Program-made: the position numbers and the translations under genes | Origin: Chiloscyllium plagiosum | Lineage: Eukaryota | DNA: 64,000 nt | Assembly (NCBI RefSeq): GCF_004010195.1 | Contig: NC_057745.1 | Span: 348,952 to 412,951, forward strand | Direction of reading: 5' to 3' | Part shown: positions 63,483 to 64,000 of the stretch, one piece after another | How the letters are laid out: every line of letters begins with the position of its first letter | Numbering within the stretch: position 1 is the stretch's first letter | Notes under the pieces: generated by a model | What the model was told of the DNA's origin: nothing | The model's database searches: none | Seen by the model: the letters and a program-made list of their open reading frames with translations, nothing else

Positions 63483-63614
63483 TTACCCGAATCACTTGAA
63501 ATACCCAAAGACCATAATTGCTTCTTATTCAATTACTTCTTAAAATGTGATTTCACAAATGACTGAAGTCTGTAAATGGGTTACTGATTGTTCTAATCCT
63601 TTTCTCAAATACAG

Positions 63615-63731
63615 GGAAAATTAATTTTGATGACATTAATTTGGACAATTGTTATGATCCTGCTGTTAGTTATGAGCAGAGCAAGCTGGCCAATGTACTG
63701 TTCACCAGAGAACTTGCAAAGAAATTAAAAG
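63615..63731 (+). CDS. RDH-like catalytic exon: GKINFDDINLDNCYDPAVSYEQSKLANVLFTRELAKKLK(G)
   Basis: YxxxK catalytic motif (YEQSK) and SKLANVLF, CAG acceptor and GTGAGT donor, 117 nt. Not in the ORF track. Confidence 0.93.
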
Positions 63732-64000
63732 GTGAGTGTTGTAGAATGTACCAGCACTGCCAAGGAAGATTGAACTGGCTGGGGCTCCCTCCTCTATAAC
63801 TGAGAATAGTAAGGGGTGATCTGATAAATGTGTTTCAGATTATAAAATGATGATACAGAGTAGATGTAGAGATAATATACCTCTATCCATTGTGAGTAAG
63901 TAGCATTCAAGGCCCAGAAACATAAGATAATCATAACTTCATTAATAAATTTAGGGCAAACTGTTTTACCTAGTTTTGGATGGAATTTGTCAAATCAAGT

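Overview
Vertebrate genomic DNA, most likely from a cartilaginous fish (shark), inferred from HE1-type SINEs, HER1/CR1 LINEs, a DeuSINE and abundant Penelope-like elements. It has four assembly gaps. Three protein-coding genes can be built exon by exon: lactase-like/Klotho-family LCTL (minus strand, coding exons 1-7, running off the left edge), a complete 103-aa SNAPC5 (minus strand, 3 coding exons) and part of an RDH12/RDH13-like short-chain dehydrogenase (plus strand, 3 exons visible). The main hidden feature lies between LCTL and SNAPC5 and is not evident from the ORF track: a heavily decayed, intron-containing beta/gamma-crystallin pseudogene (about 18.55-25.24 kb, plus strand). It has all four Greek-key exons and resembles teleost crystallin beta-gamma X (crybgx). 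It is disabled by stops, frameshifts, broken splice sites and a transposon inserted in an exon. Many Penelope-derived repeats carry minimal hammerhead-ribozyme cores, and a few look intact. Comparisons to reference proteins and repeat families are from memory and need confirming by search.
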